Source: Steroidobacterales bacterium (lineage in GTDB: Bacteria > Pseudomonadota > Gammaproteobacteria > Steroidobacterales > Steroidobacteraceae). From it: a DNA stretch of 64,000 nucleotides. The position numbers were made by a program, and so were the translations under genes. The stretch covers positions 31,278 to 95,277 of the forward strand of contig JBBRQO010000015.1 in NCBI GenBank assembly GCA_038226325.1, given 5' to 3'. Positions 47,615-56,415 of this stretch are shown here, piece after piece (within the stretch, counting starts at the first letter, position 1; each line of letters opens with the position of its first letter). The notes below the pieces were generated by a model that made no database searches, was not told where the DNA came from, and was given only the letters and a program-made list of their open reading frames with translations.

Positions 47615-49525
47615 ATGCACCCTCGTACCCTAAGGCTTCGGACCGGCACCTGTGTCGGCATGTGTCTGCTGTGGGCAGGCTTGGCGCGCTCAGCCCCGCT
47701 CGACATGGGCAGTATTGTGGTGGATGTACGCGAGGCGCCGCGCGGCATCATGAAGGCGCACTTGCACTTGCCCGTGACGCCCGGTCCCTTGACGCTGGTG
47801 TATCCGAAGTGGCTGCCGGGCCGGCACAGCCCCGCAGGTCCCGCGACCTCGTTGGCCGCGCCGCGCTTTACCCTGCACGGCGCGCCGCTCGCGTGGCTGC
47901 GTGATCCTTTGGACATGTATGCTTTCCACCTGGATATGCCGCAGGGCGCGAGCGAATTGGATTGCGATTTGGAAATCCTCACTTTGCCGGCGCCAGACGG
48001 AGTAGTTCAGGGGACGGAGACGCCGCGCAGCGCCACCGACTCGCTCCTGATCCTGGAATGGAATCAGTTGCTGCTGTACCCGGCGCACACTCGCAGCGAC
48101 GATCTTACCTACCATGCCGCCGTGCGCCTGCCCCCGGGATGGAAGTACGCCACCGCACTCACCACCACGGTTACCCATGATGGATCAGTGGAGTTCGCGC
48201 CGGTCTCCTTGACCACGCTGGCGGATTCGACCTTGCTGGCGGGGCGCTATGTAAAGGATGTCAGCCTGGGCGGCTCGCCGGCCGTGACCCTGCACATTGC
48301 CGCCGACAACCCGGTGGCGCTCAATATGAGCACGGACACGCAAGCTCATTACCGCGCGTTGGTGCGCGAAGCCTCGGCTCTGTTCGGCGCCACGCATTAC
48401 AATCACTATGACTTTCTCTGGTCGCTCACCGACCAGATCATGCCGGATGGCCTCGAGCACCATGAGTCCAGCGACAATCGCTCGCCGCTGCGCGCCTTGA
48501 TCGATGATCCCGTACGGCGCGCGGAAGCGAATTTGCTGCCGCACGAATACGTGCACTCCTGGAATGGAAAATTCCGCCGGCCCGTGGGCCTTGCCACGCC
48601 GAATTATCAGGAGCCCATGCTGGATGAGATGCTGTGGGTGTACGAAGGACTGACCGAATACCTAGGGGATGTGCTGGCGGCCCGCAGCGGCCTACTCACC
48701 GAAGGCGAATTCCGGGATGAGCTGGCACGCATCGCCGCCGCCATGGACTCACACACCAGCCGCCAGTGGCGCTCGCTGCAGGAGACCACCGTCGCCGCGC
48801 AGCTGCTGTATTACCAATCCCGGGGCTGGGCGGCGCGACTGCGGCGTCAGGATGATTTCTACCAGGAATCGGCGCTGCTCTGGCTGGAAGCGGACTCATT
48901 GATTCGGCGTGAGTCCAAGGGCCGCAAGAGCCTGGACGATTTCTGCAAACTGTTCTATGGGCAGCCGAACACGGCGCCCCAGGTGAAGCCCTATGATTTC
49001 AACGATCTGGTGGCCGCGCTCAATGCCGTTCACCCCTACGACTGGGCCGGGTTTTGGCACGAGCGCTTGAATCGCCTGCGAGCGAACGCGCCACTCGAAG
49101 GTTTGCAGGCCGCCGGCTGGCATCTGGCTTACACCGCGGATCCCTCCAGCATGCACTTGGCGCACGAGGCCGATGATCGCGATCTCGACCTGCATTACTC
49201 TTTGGGCTTCTATGTGGATGACGAGAACGCGACGCTGGGTGACATCGTTCCCGGCTCGCCCGCCGATTTGGCCGGGGTCGCGCCGGGCAGCCATTTGATC
49301 GCGCTCAACGGCTACAAATGGTCCAAGGAATTATTGCACGACACCCTGACGCATCCGCGCGAGGCCGCCACCCCACTGACATTGCTGATTGAGAAGGATG
49401 ACATGTTCAAGACCTTGGATTTGAATTACTCGGGCGGCGAGCGCTACCCCAATCTGATTAGGGATTCGGCAGTTGAAGATTTACTGGGCAAGATCGCGCA
49501 TGCGCGCGCGGCGGTTCGTCCATGA
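47615..49525 (+). CDS. M61-family metallopeptidase (glycyl aminopeptidase-like) with C-terminal PDZ domain
   Basis: 636 aa, signal peptide, HExxH in LPHEYVHSWNGKFRRP, PDZ-like GDIVPGSPADLAGVAPGSHLIALNG. Confidence 0.85.
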   Translation: MHPRTLRLRTGTCVGMCLLWAGLARSAPLDMGSIVVDVREAPRGIMKAHLHLPVTPGPLTLVYPKWLPGRHSPAGPATSLAAPRFTLHGAPLAWLRDPLDMYAFHLDMPQGASELDCDLEILTLPAPDGVVQGTETPRSATDSLLILEWNQLLLYPAHTRSDDLTYHAAVRLPPGWKYATALTTTVTHDGSVEFAPVSLTTLADSTLLAGRYVKDVSLGGSPAVTLHIAADNPVALNMSTDTQAHYRALVREASALFGATHYNHYDFLWSLTDQIMPDGLEHHESSDNRSPLRALIDDPVRRAEANLLPHEYVHSWNGKFRRPVGLATPNYQEPMLDEMLWVYEGLTEYLGDVLAARSGLLTEGEFRDELARIAAAMDSHTSRQWRSLQETTVAAQLLYYQSRGWAARLRRQDDFYQESALLWLEADSLIRRESKGRKSLDDFCKLFYGQPNTAPQVKPYDFNDLVAALNAVHPYDWAGFWHERLNRLRANAPLEGLQAAGWHLAYTADPSSMHLAHEADDRDLDLHYSLGFYVDDENATLGDIVPGSPADLAGVAPGSHLIALNGYKWSKELLHDTLTHPREAATPLTLLIEKDDMFKTLDLNYSGGERYPNLIRDSAVEDLLGKIAHARAAVRP

Positions 49526-51843
49526 AGCGGCTGCAAATGATCCGCGGCATGCTGGCCGGCGGCGGCCTATTGTTGACCGCGGGCGCGTTCGCGCAGCAGG
49601 CGCCGATCGGCGCGGCCTCGACGTCGGCCACGTCCTCCAATGAACTCGGCGACATCATCGTCACCGCGGAAAAGCGCAGTGAGAGTATTGAGCGCGTGCC
49701 CTTGAGTATCGTGGCCTACGGCGCGCAAGCCCTGGCTGAAACCGGCGTGCAGGATTTCTCATCGCTGGCGGCGCGTATACCAGGGGTGAGCCTGATTTCG
49801 GCAGGGCCCGGACGCAGCAGCTACTCCATTCGGGGCGTCGCCTCGGTGGGCGGCAATGCGCCGACCACCGGCTTCTATGTGGACGAAACGCCCATCCTGC
49901 CTTCCGGCGGCGACGGCGCGACTGCCACTATTGATCCAGATTTGTTTGACCTGGCGCGTGTTGAAGTGCTGCGCGGGCCGCAGGGCACTCTGTACGGCGC
50001 CAGTTCCATGGGCGGCACGGTGCGCCTCATCACCAATCAACCGAATCTCACCCAAGAAGAGGGTGCAATCAAGGTCGAAGGTTCCGATACCGCACACGGC
50101 GGCGGCAATGTGCGCGTCGACGGCATGATCAACATTCCGCTCATCGACAATCGGGTGGCCCTGCGGCTGGTCGCGACCTACAAGGACTTCAGTGGATTCA
50201 TCGATCGGCGAATCGGCGTGTGGGCGCCGAATCCCGACGCGCAGGCGGGATTCCCCGCCTATCCGGTGTCCCCCGCACAACCCACCTCGGTGGTACACGA
50301 TGTTAATACCGACAGAACCTTCACCGTGCGCACTCTGCTAAAAATAGCCGTCACGGATGCCTTCACCATCACGCCGTCGGTATGGCTGCAGGACACTCAG
50401 GCCGGCGGGCCGCCTGACTTTGATATTCCGGAGGGTGGTTCCAGCCATGCGCTGGTGCAAAATCGCCCATTCAATATCTCGGAGGCCTATTCGGATCGCT
50501 TCACGCTCAGCAATCTCACCATGAACTACGATTTGGGGTGGGGGAGCGTGTTGTCCACGACCTCTTATATGCAACGTCACGAGACCACGCCCGACGATGA
50601 AGCCGAGGCGCTGGAATACAATATTCCGCAGGGACAATTCGTGCCCAGCGTGTACGCCCCCATCGTCACCACGCGCGAACTCACCGAAGAGCTGCGCCTC
50701 GCCTTCGCCCCGCAAGGTTGGTCCTTGAGCGGTGTGGTCGGCGGTTATCTCAACAACGCCAATCGCCATTACTACGTCAACTACGCCACGCCCGGCTACA
50801 ATGCCTTATTCGCTAACTCGCCCACCTCCATTGCGTTTTTCGGCCCGGGACCCTTGAGCGATATCAATTACTCGCAGCACGGCGACTACGCGCCCAAGCA
50901 GTACGCGGTATTCACCGAGCTCAATTACCAGATTACCAGCCAGTGGAAAGCCACGGCCGGTGTGCGCTGGTATCAGCTCCAATACACCACCGTGCGCTAC
51001 GAAGATGGCTTGAGCAATGGTGGTCCGTCGGTGTCGGACGGCAGCGCTAAGAACAGCGGCTTCAATCCCAAGGGCGAGATCTCCTATCAAGCCACCGACA
51101 ACCAGCTGTACTACGTAAGCGCCTCCAAGGGTGTGCGTCCGGGCGGCGTCAACACCAGCAATCTGGCGCAGAAAGGTTGCGATCAAGACTACGGTCCGTA
51201 TGGTCCGGACAGCGTGTGGAATTACGAAGGCGGGGCCAAGACTCGTTGGCTCGACGGCGCGCTCACGGTCAATGCGGCGGCCTACTATATAAAGTGGAGC
51301 GATGTGCAGCAGGGCCGTACCTTGCCCTGTTCGTATCAGATCACCGAGAACGCCGGGTCGGCAAAAGTCCATGGGGCGGAACTCGAGTTGCAGGCTGCCG
51401 TCGGGGGCCCTTTGATCCTAGGTGCAGGCTTGGGTTATACCAAAGCCGTGCTCGCGGCCGATGCGCCTTCCTTGAACGGCGTCGCCGGCCAGCAGTTGGA
51501 AAACGTGCCGCGCTGGAACGGCAATGCCTCGGCGAAATATTCGTTCACGCCGGCCGCCGGTTACTCAGGCTATGTACGCGCGGATGAGCAATATGTAGGC
51601 GAGTCGTATCCTAACTTCGAACGCACCGATCCGGCCACCTTCCAGCGGGCCTATGCCATCCTCGACACCCGCGTCGCGGTCAGCCGCGACAACTGGGAAG
51701 GCAATTTGTTCGTCGACAATGTGCTCGATCGGCGCGCCGCTTTGTCGAAGTTCATTTCCGACAATTACGACGCCTCGAATCGCACGCGCATGTACACCAA
51801 TCGACCGCGCACCATCGGGATCTCGATACAACGCACGTTCTAA
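49522..51843 (+). CDS. TonB-dependent receptor
   Basis: 773 aa. ELGDIIVTAEKRSESIERVPLSIVAYG, RVEVLRGPQGTLYGASSMGGTVRLITN, terminal ..IGISIQRTF. Start overlaps the M61 stop (ATGA). Confidence 0.9.
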   Translation: MKRLQMIRGMLAGGGLLLTAGAFAQQAPIGAASTSATSSNELGDIIVTAEKRSESIERVPLSIVAYGAQALAETGVQDFSSLAARIPGVSLISAGPGRSSYSIRGVASVGGNAPTTGFYVDETPILPSGGDGATATIDPDLFDLARVEVLRGPQGTLYGASSMGGTVRLITNQPNLTQEEGAIKVEGSDTAHGGGNVRVDGMINIPLIDNRVALRLVATYKDFSGFIDRRIGVWAPNPDAQAGFPAYPVSPAQPTSVVHDVNTDRTFTVRTLLKIAVTDAFTITPSVWLQDTQAGGPPDFDIPEGGSSHALVQNRPFNISEAYSDRFTLSNLTMNYDLGWGSVLSTTSYMQRHETTPDDEAEALEYNIPQGQFVPSVYAPIVTTRELTEELRLAFAPQGWSLSGVVGGYLNNANRHYYVNYATPGYNALFANSPTSIAFFGPGPLSDINYSQHGDYAPKQYAVFTELNYQITSQWKATAGVRWYQLQYTTVRYEDGLSNGGPSVSDGSAKNSGFNPKGEISYQATDNQLYYVSASKGVRPGGVNTSNLAQKGCDQDYGPYGPDSVWNYEGGAKTRWLDGALTVNAAAYYIKWSDVQQGRTLPCSYQITENAGSAKVHGAELELQAAVGGPLILGAGLGYTKAVLAADAPSLNGVAGQQLENVPRWNGNASAKYSFTPAAGYSGYVRADEQYVGESYPNFERTDPATFQRAYAILDTRVAVSRDNWEGNLFVDNVLDRRAALSKFISDNYDASNRTRMYTNRPRTIGISIQRTF

Positions 51844-51845
51844 CG

Positions 51846-52610
51846 ATGACAGCGCCTTCCTCAAACATTCTCTGGCGCGCCAGCGGCGTCGAGTTCTCAC
51901 GCGCCGCCGCGGATCAAGTTGCCGCAGTGCTGGCGCGCAAGCAGGACGCCGTCATTGCCTTGCCCACGGGGCAGACTCCGCTCGGCTTATATGCCGAATT
52001 GGTGGCACGCGTGGCGGGCAATCGACTCTCGATGCAGAGTGCGCGTTTCTTCAATTTGGATGATTACCTGGGCTTAGGCCTCGAACATCCCTTGGGCTAC
52101 GCACGTTTTTTGCGGGAACATTTCTTGACGCCTGCCGGCGTGCCCGAGAGGCATGTCCGGCTGCTGCACGGGGACGCCACCGACCTCCAGGCGGAATGCC
52201 GCGACTACGAGGCGGCGATTGCGGCATCGGGCGGACTGGACCTGGCGATTCTGGGGTTGGGTACCAACGGGCACATCGGTTTCAATGAGCCCGGCAGTGA
52301 TTGGTCGGCGCAGACGCATGTGGTGTCGTTGAGCCCCGAGACGCGCGCCACTCACACGGCGCAAACTCAGGCCAAGTTCGCCATTCCGCAGTCCGGCATT
52401 ACCGTCGGGATTGCGACCATTGTCGCAGCGAAAGAAATCTTATTGCTGGTCGCGGGTAGTGGCAAAGCGAGCGCGCTGTCCGCGTTTCAGCGTGGTATCC
52501 CGGATCCGACGTGGCCAGTGACGGCGCTGCTGACTCATCGGCATCTCACGGTGCTGGCCGAAGCACAACTGCAATCAGCAACCGGCGCAGATGCGTCGGC
52601 GCTAAGCTAG
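51846..52610 (+). CDS. nagB: glucosamine-6-phosphate deaminase / NagB-family sugar-phosphate isomerase-deaminase
   Basis: 254 aa. ALPTGQTPLGLY, FFNLDDY, LAILGLGTNGHIGFNEPGS. Begins 2 nt after the preceding stop. Confidence 0.75.
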   Translation: MTAPSSNILWRASGVEFSRAAADQVAAVLARKQDAVIALPTGQTPLGLYAELVARVAGNRLSMQSARFFNLDDYLGLGLEHPLGYARFLREHFLTPAGVPERHVRLLHGDATDLQAECRDYEAAIAASGGLDLAILGLGTNGHIGFNEPGSDWSAQTHVVSLSPETRATHTAQTQAKFAIPQSGITVGIATIVAAKEILLLVAGSGKASALSAFQRGIPDPTWPVTALLTHRHLTVLAEAQLQSATGADASALS

Positions 52611-52613
52611 TCC

Positions 52614-54026
52614 ATGAGCGGGTGTGCGGCGCTGAAGGTGCGCTGGTGGGCGGCGCTCGCGCTGCTCGGCGCCGCTTCGCTCGGCAATGCCCGCGACTTT
52701 CGTCCGGCGGTGGATCGCTACCTGCAAGCCGAAATGCAGCGTCAGCATATACCCGGTATTGCGCTGGCGGTAATGAAGAACGGCAAGCCGCTGTACGTCA
52801 AAGGATATGGCGTAGCCACGTTGGAGCAGCCCGTGGCGGTGACCCCGAACAGCGGGTTTCAATTAGGTTCCATCGGCAAGCAGTTCACCGCCGTGGCCGT
52901 CGTGATGCTCGCCGATGAGGGCAAACTGAGCTTGGATGACCCTGTGTCCAAATACTTGCCCGAGGTACCGTCAAGCTGGAGCAAGGTTACGTTGCGACTG
53001 ATGCTCAATCATCAGGCGGGCATCGCGCAGTACACGACGCCGCAGCGCCAGCTGTTGGATTTGTCGCACGACTACAGCGACGCCGAACTGATAGCGCTCG
53101 CCATCAGCCAGCCCCTGGACTTCGAGCCCGGCACCGACGTGTCCTACAGCGATGTGGGGTACGTGCTGTTGGGATTCGTGATCAACCGGGTGGCGGGGGA
53201 GTTTTACGGCGATTTTCTGCAGCGGCGAATCTTCATGCCCTTGGGGATGAATCGCACGCGCGTCATTTCCGACGCGGACATCGTTCCCGGGCGCGCTAAT
53301 GGATATGAATTGCGCGACGATGGCAGCCTGCGCAATCAGACCCCCGTGTCGCCGGCGCTGAATCGTACCGCTGACGGCAGCCTCTACTCCACCGTGCTTG
53401 ATCTCATCAAGTGGGATGGGGCGCTAGACGGCGACGCGATATTGCCGCACGCGGAACTGCAGCGCATGTGGAGCGTGGATGCGCACCGCAATGGGCAGAG
53501 GCCGCTGTATCACTATGGCTACGGATGGGAAAACAATCACCTCAATGGCCTGCGGGTCATTGAATACGACGGCAACTGGCAGGGATTCCAGGCGGTGATG
53601 TCGCGCTACGCAGACCGGAGACTCACGGTGATACTGCTCACCAACTTGGCGTTGTGCCGCACCGAACGGTTGGGTCACACCGTGGCTGGATTAGTGGATC
53701 CTGCGCTCAAGCCCTATCCCAAACGCATTGCCGACAACACGCCGGCGTTGAGCCAGAATTTCGAAAGTCTTCTGGCCAAGGTGCGGCAGGCGGGCTTGGG
53801 AGCATCACTGCCAGAATTGCCCGCATCGATTCCGCTGCAAACATTGCGACGCGATCTCGATGAGTTGGGCCCCATCCTGCACTTCAGTGTGGCGTCGGAG
53901 CATGACACTGCAGAAGGCCGGGACCGCGTATACCGCGTCGAAGGCAAGGACATGGTGGAGTTCTACACCGTCAGCTACGGCAGTGACGCCAAGATATCGG
54001 CCGTGGAGCTGTTTCGGGAATACTGA
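52614..54026 (+). CDS. serine hydrolase of the beta-lactamase / D-aminopeptidase (class C-like) family
   Basis: 470 aa, signal peptide, S-x-x-K in LGSIGKQFTA, downstream YSDVGY, plus an extra C-terminal domain of about 100 aa. Confidence 0.85.
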   Translation: MSGCAALKVRWWAALALLGAASLGNARDFRPAVDRYLQAEMQRQHIPGIALAVMKNGKPLYVKGYGVATLEQPVAVTPNSGFQLGSIGKQFTAVAVVMLADEGKLSLDDPVSKYLPEVPSSWSKVTLRLMLNHQAGIAQYTTPQRQLLDLSHDYSDAELIALAISQPLDFEPGTDVSYSDVGYVLLGFVINRVAGEFYGDFLQRRIFMPLGMNRTRVISDADIVPGRANGYELRDDGSLRNQTPVSPALNRTADGSLYSTVLDLIKWDGALDGDAILPHAELQRMWSVDAHRNGQRPLYHYGYGWENNHLNGLRVIEYDGNWQGFQAVMSRYADRRLTVILLTNLALCRTERLGHTVAGLVDPALKPYPKRIADNTPALSQNFESLLAKVRQAGLGASLPELPASIPLQTLRRDLDELGPILHFSVASEHDTAEGRDRVYRVEGKDMVEFYTVSYGSDAKISAVELFREY

Positions 54027-54106
54027 GGGTCGGGCGCGGCGATTGCAGATTTCGCGCGTCGTCACGTTAGGCACCGCGATTCAGGTGTTACGCCAGGGCG
54101 CCTTGA

Positions 54107-55027
54107 TCATGGTTGACCCTGGCCGCCCCCGGCTCCGTAAATGTTACCCGTAGTGAAGCTTGCATCGCTGGCGGCGAGTTGCACATAAATGGAGGCGAGT
54201 TCCGCGGGTTGTCCCGGACGGCCAAGTACGGTTGTGCTGCCAAAGTGCTCGTACTTTTGCACCGACGCCCCGCCGCTGATCTGCAAGGGAGTCCATACGG
54301 GACCTGGCGCCACGCCGTTGACGCGAATGCCCCGGCCGCCAAGCTGCTTTGCCAAAGATTTTACGTAGTTCATCGTCGCCGCCTTGGTCTGCGCATAGTC
54401 ATACAATTCGGGCGAAGGATCGTAGGCTTGTTCGGAGGTCGTGCCGATGATGCAAGATCCGGCGGTCAAATGGGGCAGGGCGGCTTTGATGATGTAAAAC
54501 GGGGCATAGATGTTGGTCTTCATAGTGGCATCGAAGTCCTCATCGCTGATGTCCAGGATCGATACCTTGGATTGCTGTCGTGCTGCGTTACACACCACGA
54601 TGTCGAGTCCCCCCAACTTTTCAACCGCCTCCGTCACCAAGCGGTGGCAGAATGATCTATCGCGTAAATCACCGGGGATTGGCACAGCGGTCCGGCCGGT
54701 TTCTTCGATCAACTGTATGACCTCGCGAGCATCAGGCTCCTCTGCGGGAAGATAGTTGATTGCAACGTCAGCGCCTTCACGCGCGTAGGCGATGGCAGCA
54801 GCACGGCCCATTCCGGAATCGCCGCCGGTAATGAGCGCTTTACGTCCGGCCAGTCGGCCCGAGCCCCGATAGGAGGTTTCACCATGGTCAGGCTTCGGGT
54901 TCATTTTGCCGGCGAGACCTGGCCAAGCTTGAGTCTGCTCTGGAAAGGGAGGCTTGGGATATTTTGTGCGGGGATCTTGTTTCATGAGCGGCTTCTCGTG
55001 ATCACGGACATTGGCGGGGATAAGCAC
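54107..55027 (-). CDS. SDR-family oxidoreductase (YghA/YhdF-like)
   Basis: 306 aa. ALITGGDSGMGRAAA (TGxxxGxG), NAAR, Y-x3-K in YAQTKAA. Confidence 0.85.
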   Translation of the reverse strand: MLIPANVRDHEKPLMKQDPRTKYPKPPFPEQTQAWPGLAGKMNPKPDHGETSYRGSGRLAGRKALITGGDSGMGRAAAIAYAREGADVAINYLPAEEPDAREVIQLIEETGRTAVPIPGDLRDRSFCHRLVTEAVEKLGGLDIVVCNAARQQSKVSILDISDEDFDATMKTNIYAPFYIIKAALPHLTAGSCIIGTTSEQAYDPSPELYDYAQTKAATMNYVKSLAKQLGGRGIRVNGVAPGPVWTPLQISGGASVQKYEHFGSTTVLGRPGQPAELASIYVQLAASDASFTTGNIYGAGGGQGQP

Positions 55028-55185
55028 GCAAGAATACGGATGCCTATGGGACTCACCAGTGCGCGGAGGCGCTAGTGCGCGTGAGATATGTTTACTGCAG
55101 ATTGTAGGTGGCGCTTACCGTGGGCGGGCTTGCGGGGACGCACATTTAAGAAAACCGTAAACACGGAAATAGCATCGTACTTTCG

Positions 55186-55232
55186 CCGCATCGCTCGGCA
55201 ATGTCCGCGACTGTCGTCCGGCGGTGGATCGC
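55186..55232 (+). repeat. 47-bp direct repeat of the 5-prime (signal-peptide) end of the serine hydrolase gene
   Basis: ccgcatcgctcggcaatgtccgcgactgtcgtccggcggtggatcgc here, versus ccgcttcgctcggcaatgcccgcgactttcgtccggcggtggatcgc at approx. 52672-52718 (3 mismatches in 47). Weaker similarity may extend left to about 55107, interrupted by a 45-nt AT-rich insert. Confidence 0.6.
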
Positions 55233-55278
55233 GATGATCATTCGAGTGATTGAAATATAAAGAGGTATTACCCTGTGG

Positions 55279-55295
55279 ATTCATTTATAATGAAT
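55279..55295. promoter_or_regulatory. palindrome overlapping a TATAAT box, candidate operator of the XRE gene
   Basis: ATTCAT-TTATA-ATGAAT (6-5-6 perfect inverted repeat) containing TATAAT at approx. 55286-55291, 30 nt upstream of the ATG at 55321. Confidence 0.35.
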
Positions 55296-55320
55296 TTACT
55301 ATAAACCTGAGTGCTTTCCG

Positions 55321-55785
55321 ATGCCCTCCGATGAGGCAACGATTCAGTCATTGCGCCGCGATCTGGCACTGCAGGTGTCGCGGATCGCCCTGCGTCCCGG
55401 TGACACGCAAGTGGCTGCTGCCCAGCGCCTTGGCGTTCCCCAGCCGACATTGAGCAAGATCATCAATGGTCGCGTGTCCGATTTATCGATCGAGTTTCTG
55501 CTTCGGATTGCCGTGCGTGCGGGACTTGCGATCACCCTGCAAACCGGTCGCGACGCCGAAGAGGCGGGCGCCTTCGTTTCAGGTCTGGCGCATGGACGCA
55601 TTCATGCGCAGGGATCCAAACTCGCGAGGGAAGCCCGCGACTCGTTAGCGGAGTCCGAGCGTCGATTGGCGCCCGGCGAGCGACTTGAAGCCTTCCTCGA
55701 GCACAACCAACTGCTTGGCACCCTCCAGCAAGCAGCCCGCGCCGCGGAGGAGCGGCGAGTCCACGGGCTCCCAGGCACATCATGA
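55321..55785 (+). CDS. XRE-family helix-turn-helix protein with a C-terminal extension (antitoxin-like)
   Basis: 154 aa. ..DTQVAAAQRLGVPQPTLSKIINGRVSDLSIEFLLRIAVRAGLAITL.. is the HTH_XRE pattern seen in HigA-like antitoxins. About 70 extra C-terminal residues. Stop overlaps the next start (ATGA). Confidence 0.7.
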   Translation: MPSDEATIQSLRRDLALQVSRIALRPGDTQVAAAQRLGVPQPTLSKIINGRVSDLSIEFLLRIAVRAGLAITLQTGRDAEEAGAFVSGLAHGRIHAQGSKLAREARDSLAESERRLAPGERLEAFLEHNQLLGTLQQAARAAEERRVHGLPGTS

Positions 55786-56336
55786 GAACTCAGCGAGCGG
55801 GCCAATCGGCACTCCTCTTCCTTGATGTCGTTGAAGTCCTGGTTCGCGAGCAAATCGATTATTTAGTCATCGGCGCCTTCGCGCTCGCCGCGCATGCCGT
55901 GGTGAGAGCCTCGAGTGACGTCGATGCATTGCTGTGGGTTTCCTACGCCCGCCTCAAAACGGTCTCCGAGATATTTGCAGTTGCCGGTTTTAAAGTAACG
56001 CTTCGTCGTGGCGATGACGATGACCCCATTTTGAGCATGCTCGTCTTGAGCGACCGCCACGGCAATCGAGTAGAGCTTCTGGGCGGTCTACGCGGTCTCG
56101 ACCCGAAGGTCTTCTCGCGTGCCATCGAAGTGCCCTTTCATGGCGTGAGTTTGCGCATCGTCGGTCGCGAGGACTTCGTCGCCGTGAAGTGCTTCGCCGG
56201 CAGCCCCCAGGACCTGGCGGATGCCCGCGCCGCCTTTGAGGGAGCTCGCGGTCCGGTGGATCTCGATCTTCTGCGGGCCGTGACGCGTCGCTTTGGCCGC
56301 GCAGCGGCCGATCGTCTCGAGGGACTGCTCGCTTAA
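55782..56336 (+). CDS. minimal nucleotidyltransferase-fold protein (pol-beta superfamily)
   Basis: 184 aa. VIGAFALAAHAVVRASSDVDALL fits the hG[GSA]-x9-13-D-h-[DE]-h NTase signature. Translationally coupled to the XRE gene. Confidence 0.55.
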   Translation: MRTQRAGQSALLFLDVVEVLVREQIDYLVIGAFALAAHAVVRASSDVDALLWVSYARLKTVSEIFAVAGFKVTLRRGDDDDPILSMLVLSDRHGNRVELLGGLRGLDPKVFSRAIEVPFHGVSLRIVGREDFVAVKCFAGSPQDLADARAAFEGARGPVDLDLLRAVTRRFGRAAADRLEGLLA

Positions 56337-56415
56337 GGGGAGGGAAGTGCGTCGCGTAGCGCGGCCGAGGTAACCTCAGCCGCGCCGCGCGACACGGTCA
56401 GTGATCGGATCCGCA

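Noticed and set aside
45040-47982. 608-aa and 364-aa minus-strand ORFs
   Set aside because: Antisense to the TonB receptor and M61 peptidase genes. Arg/Gly/Ala-rich shadow ORFs in high-GC coding DNA.
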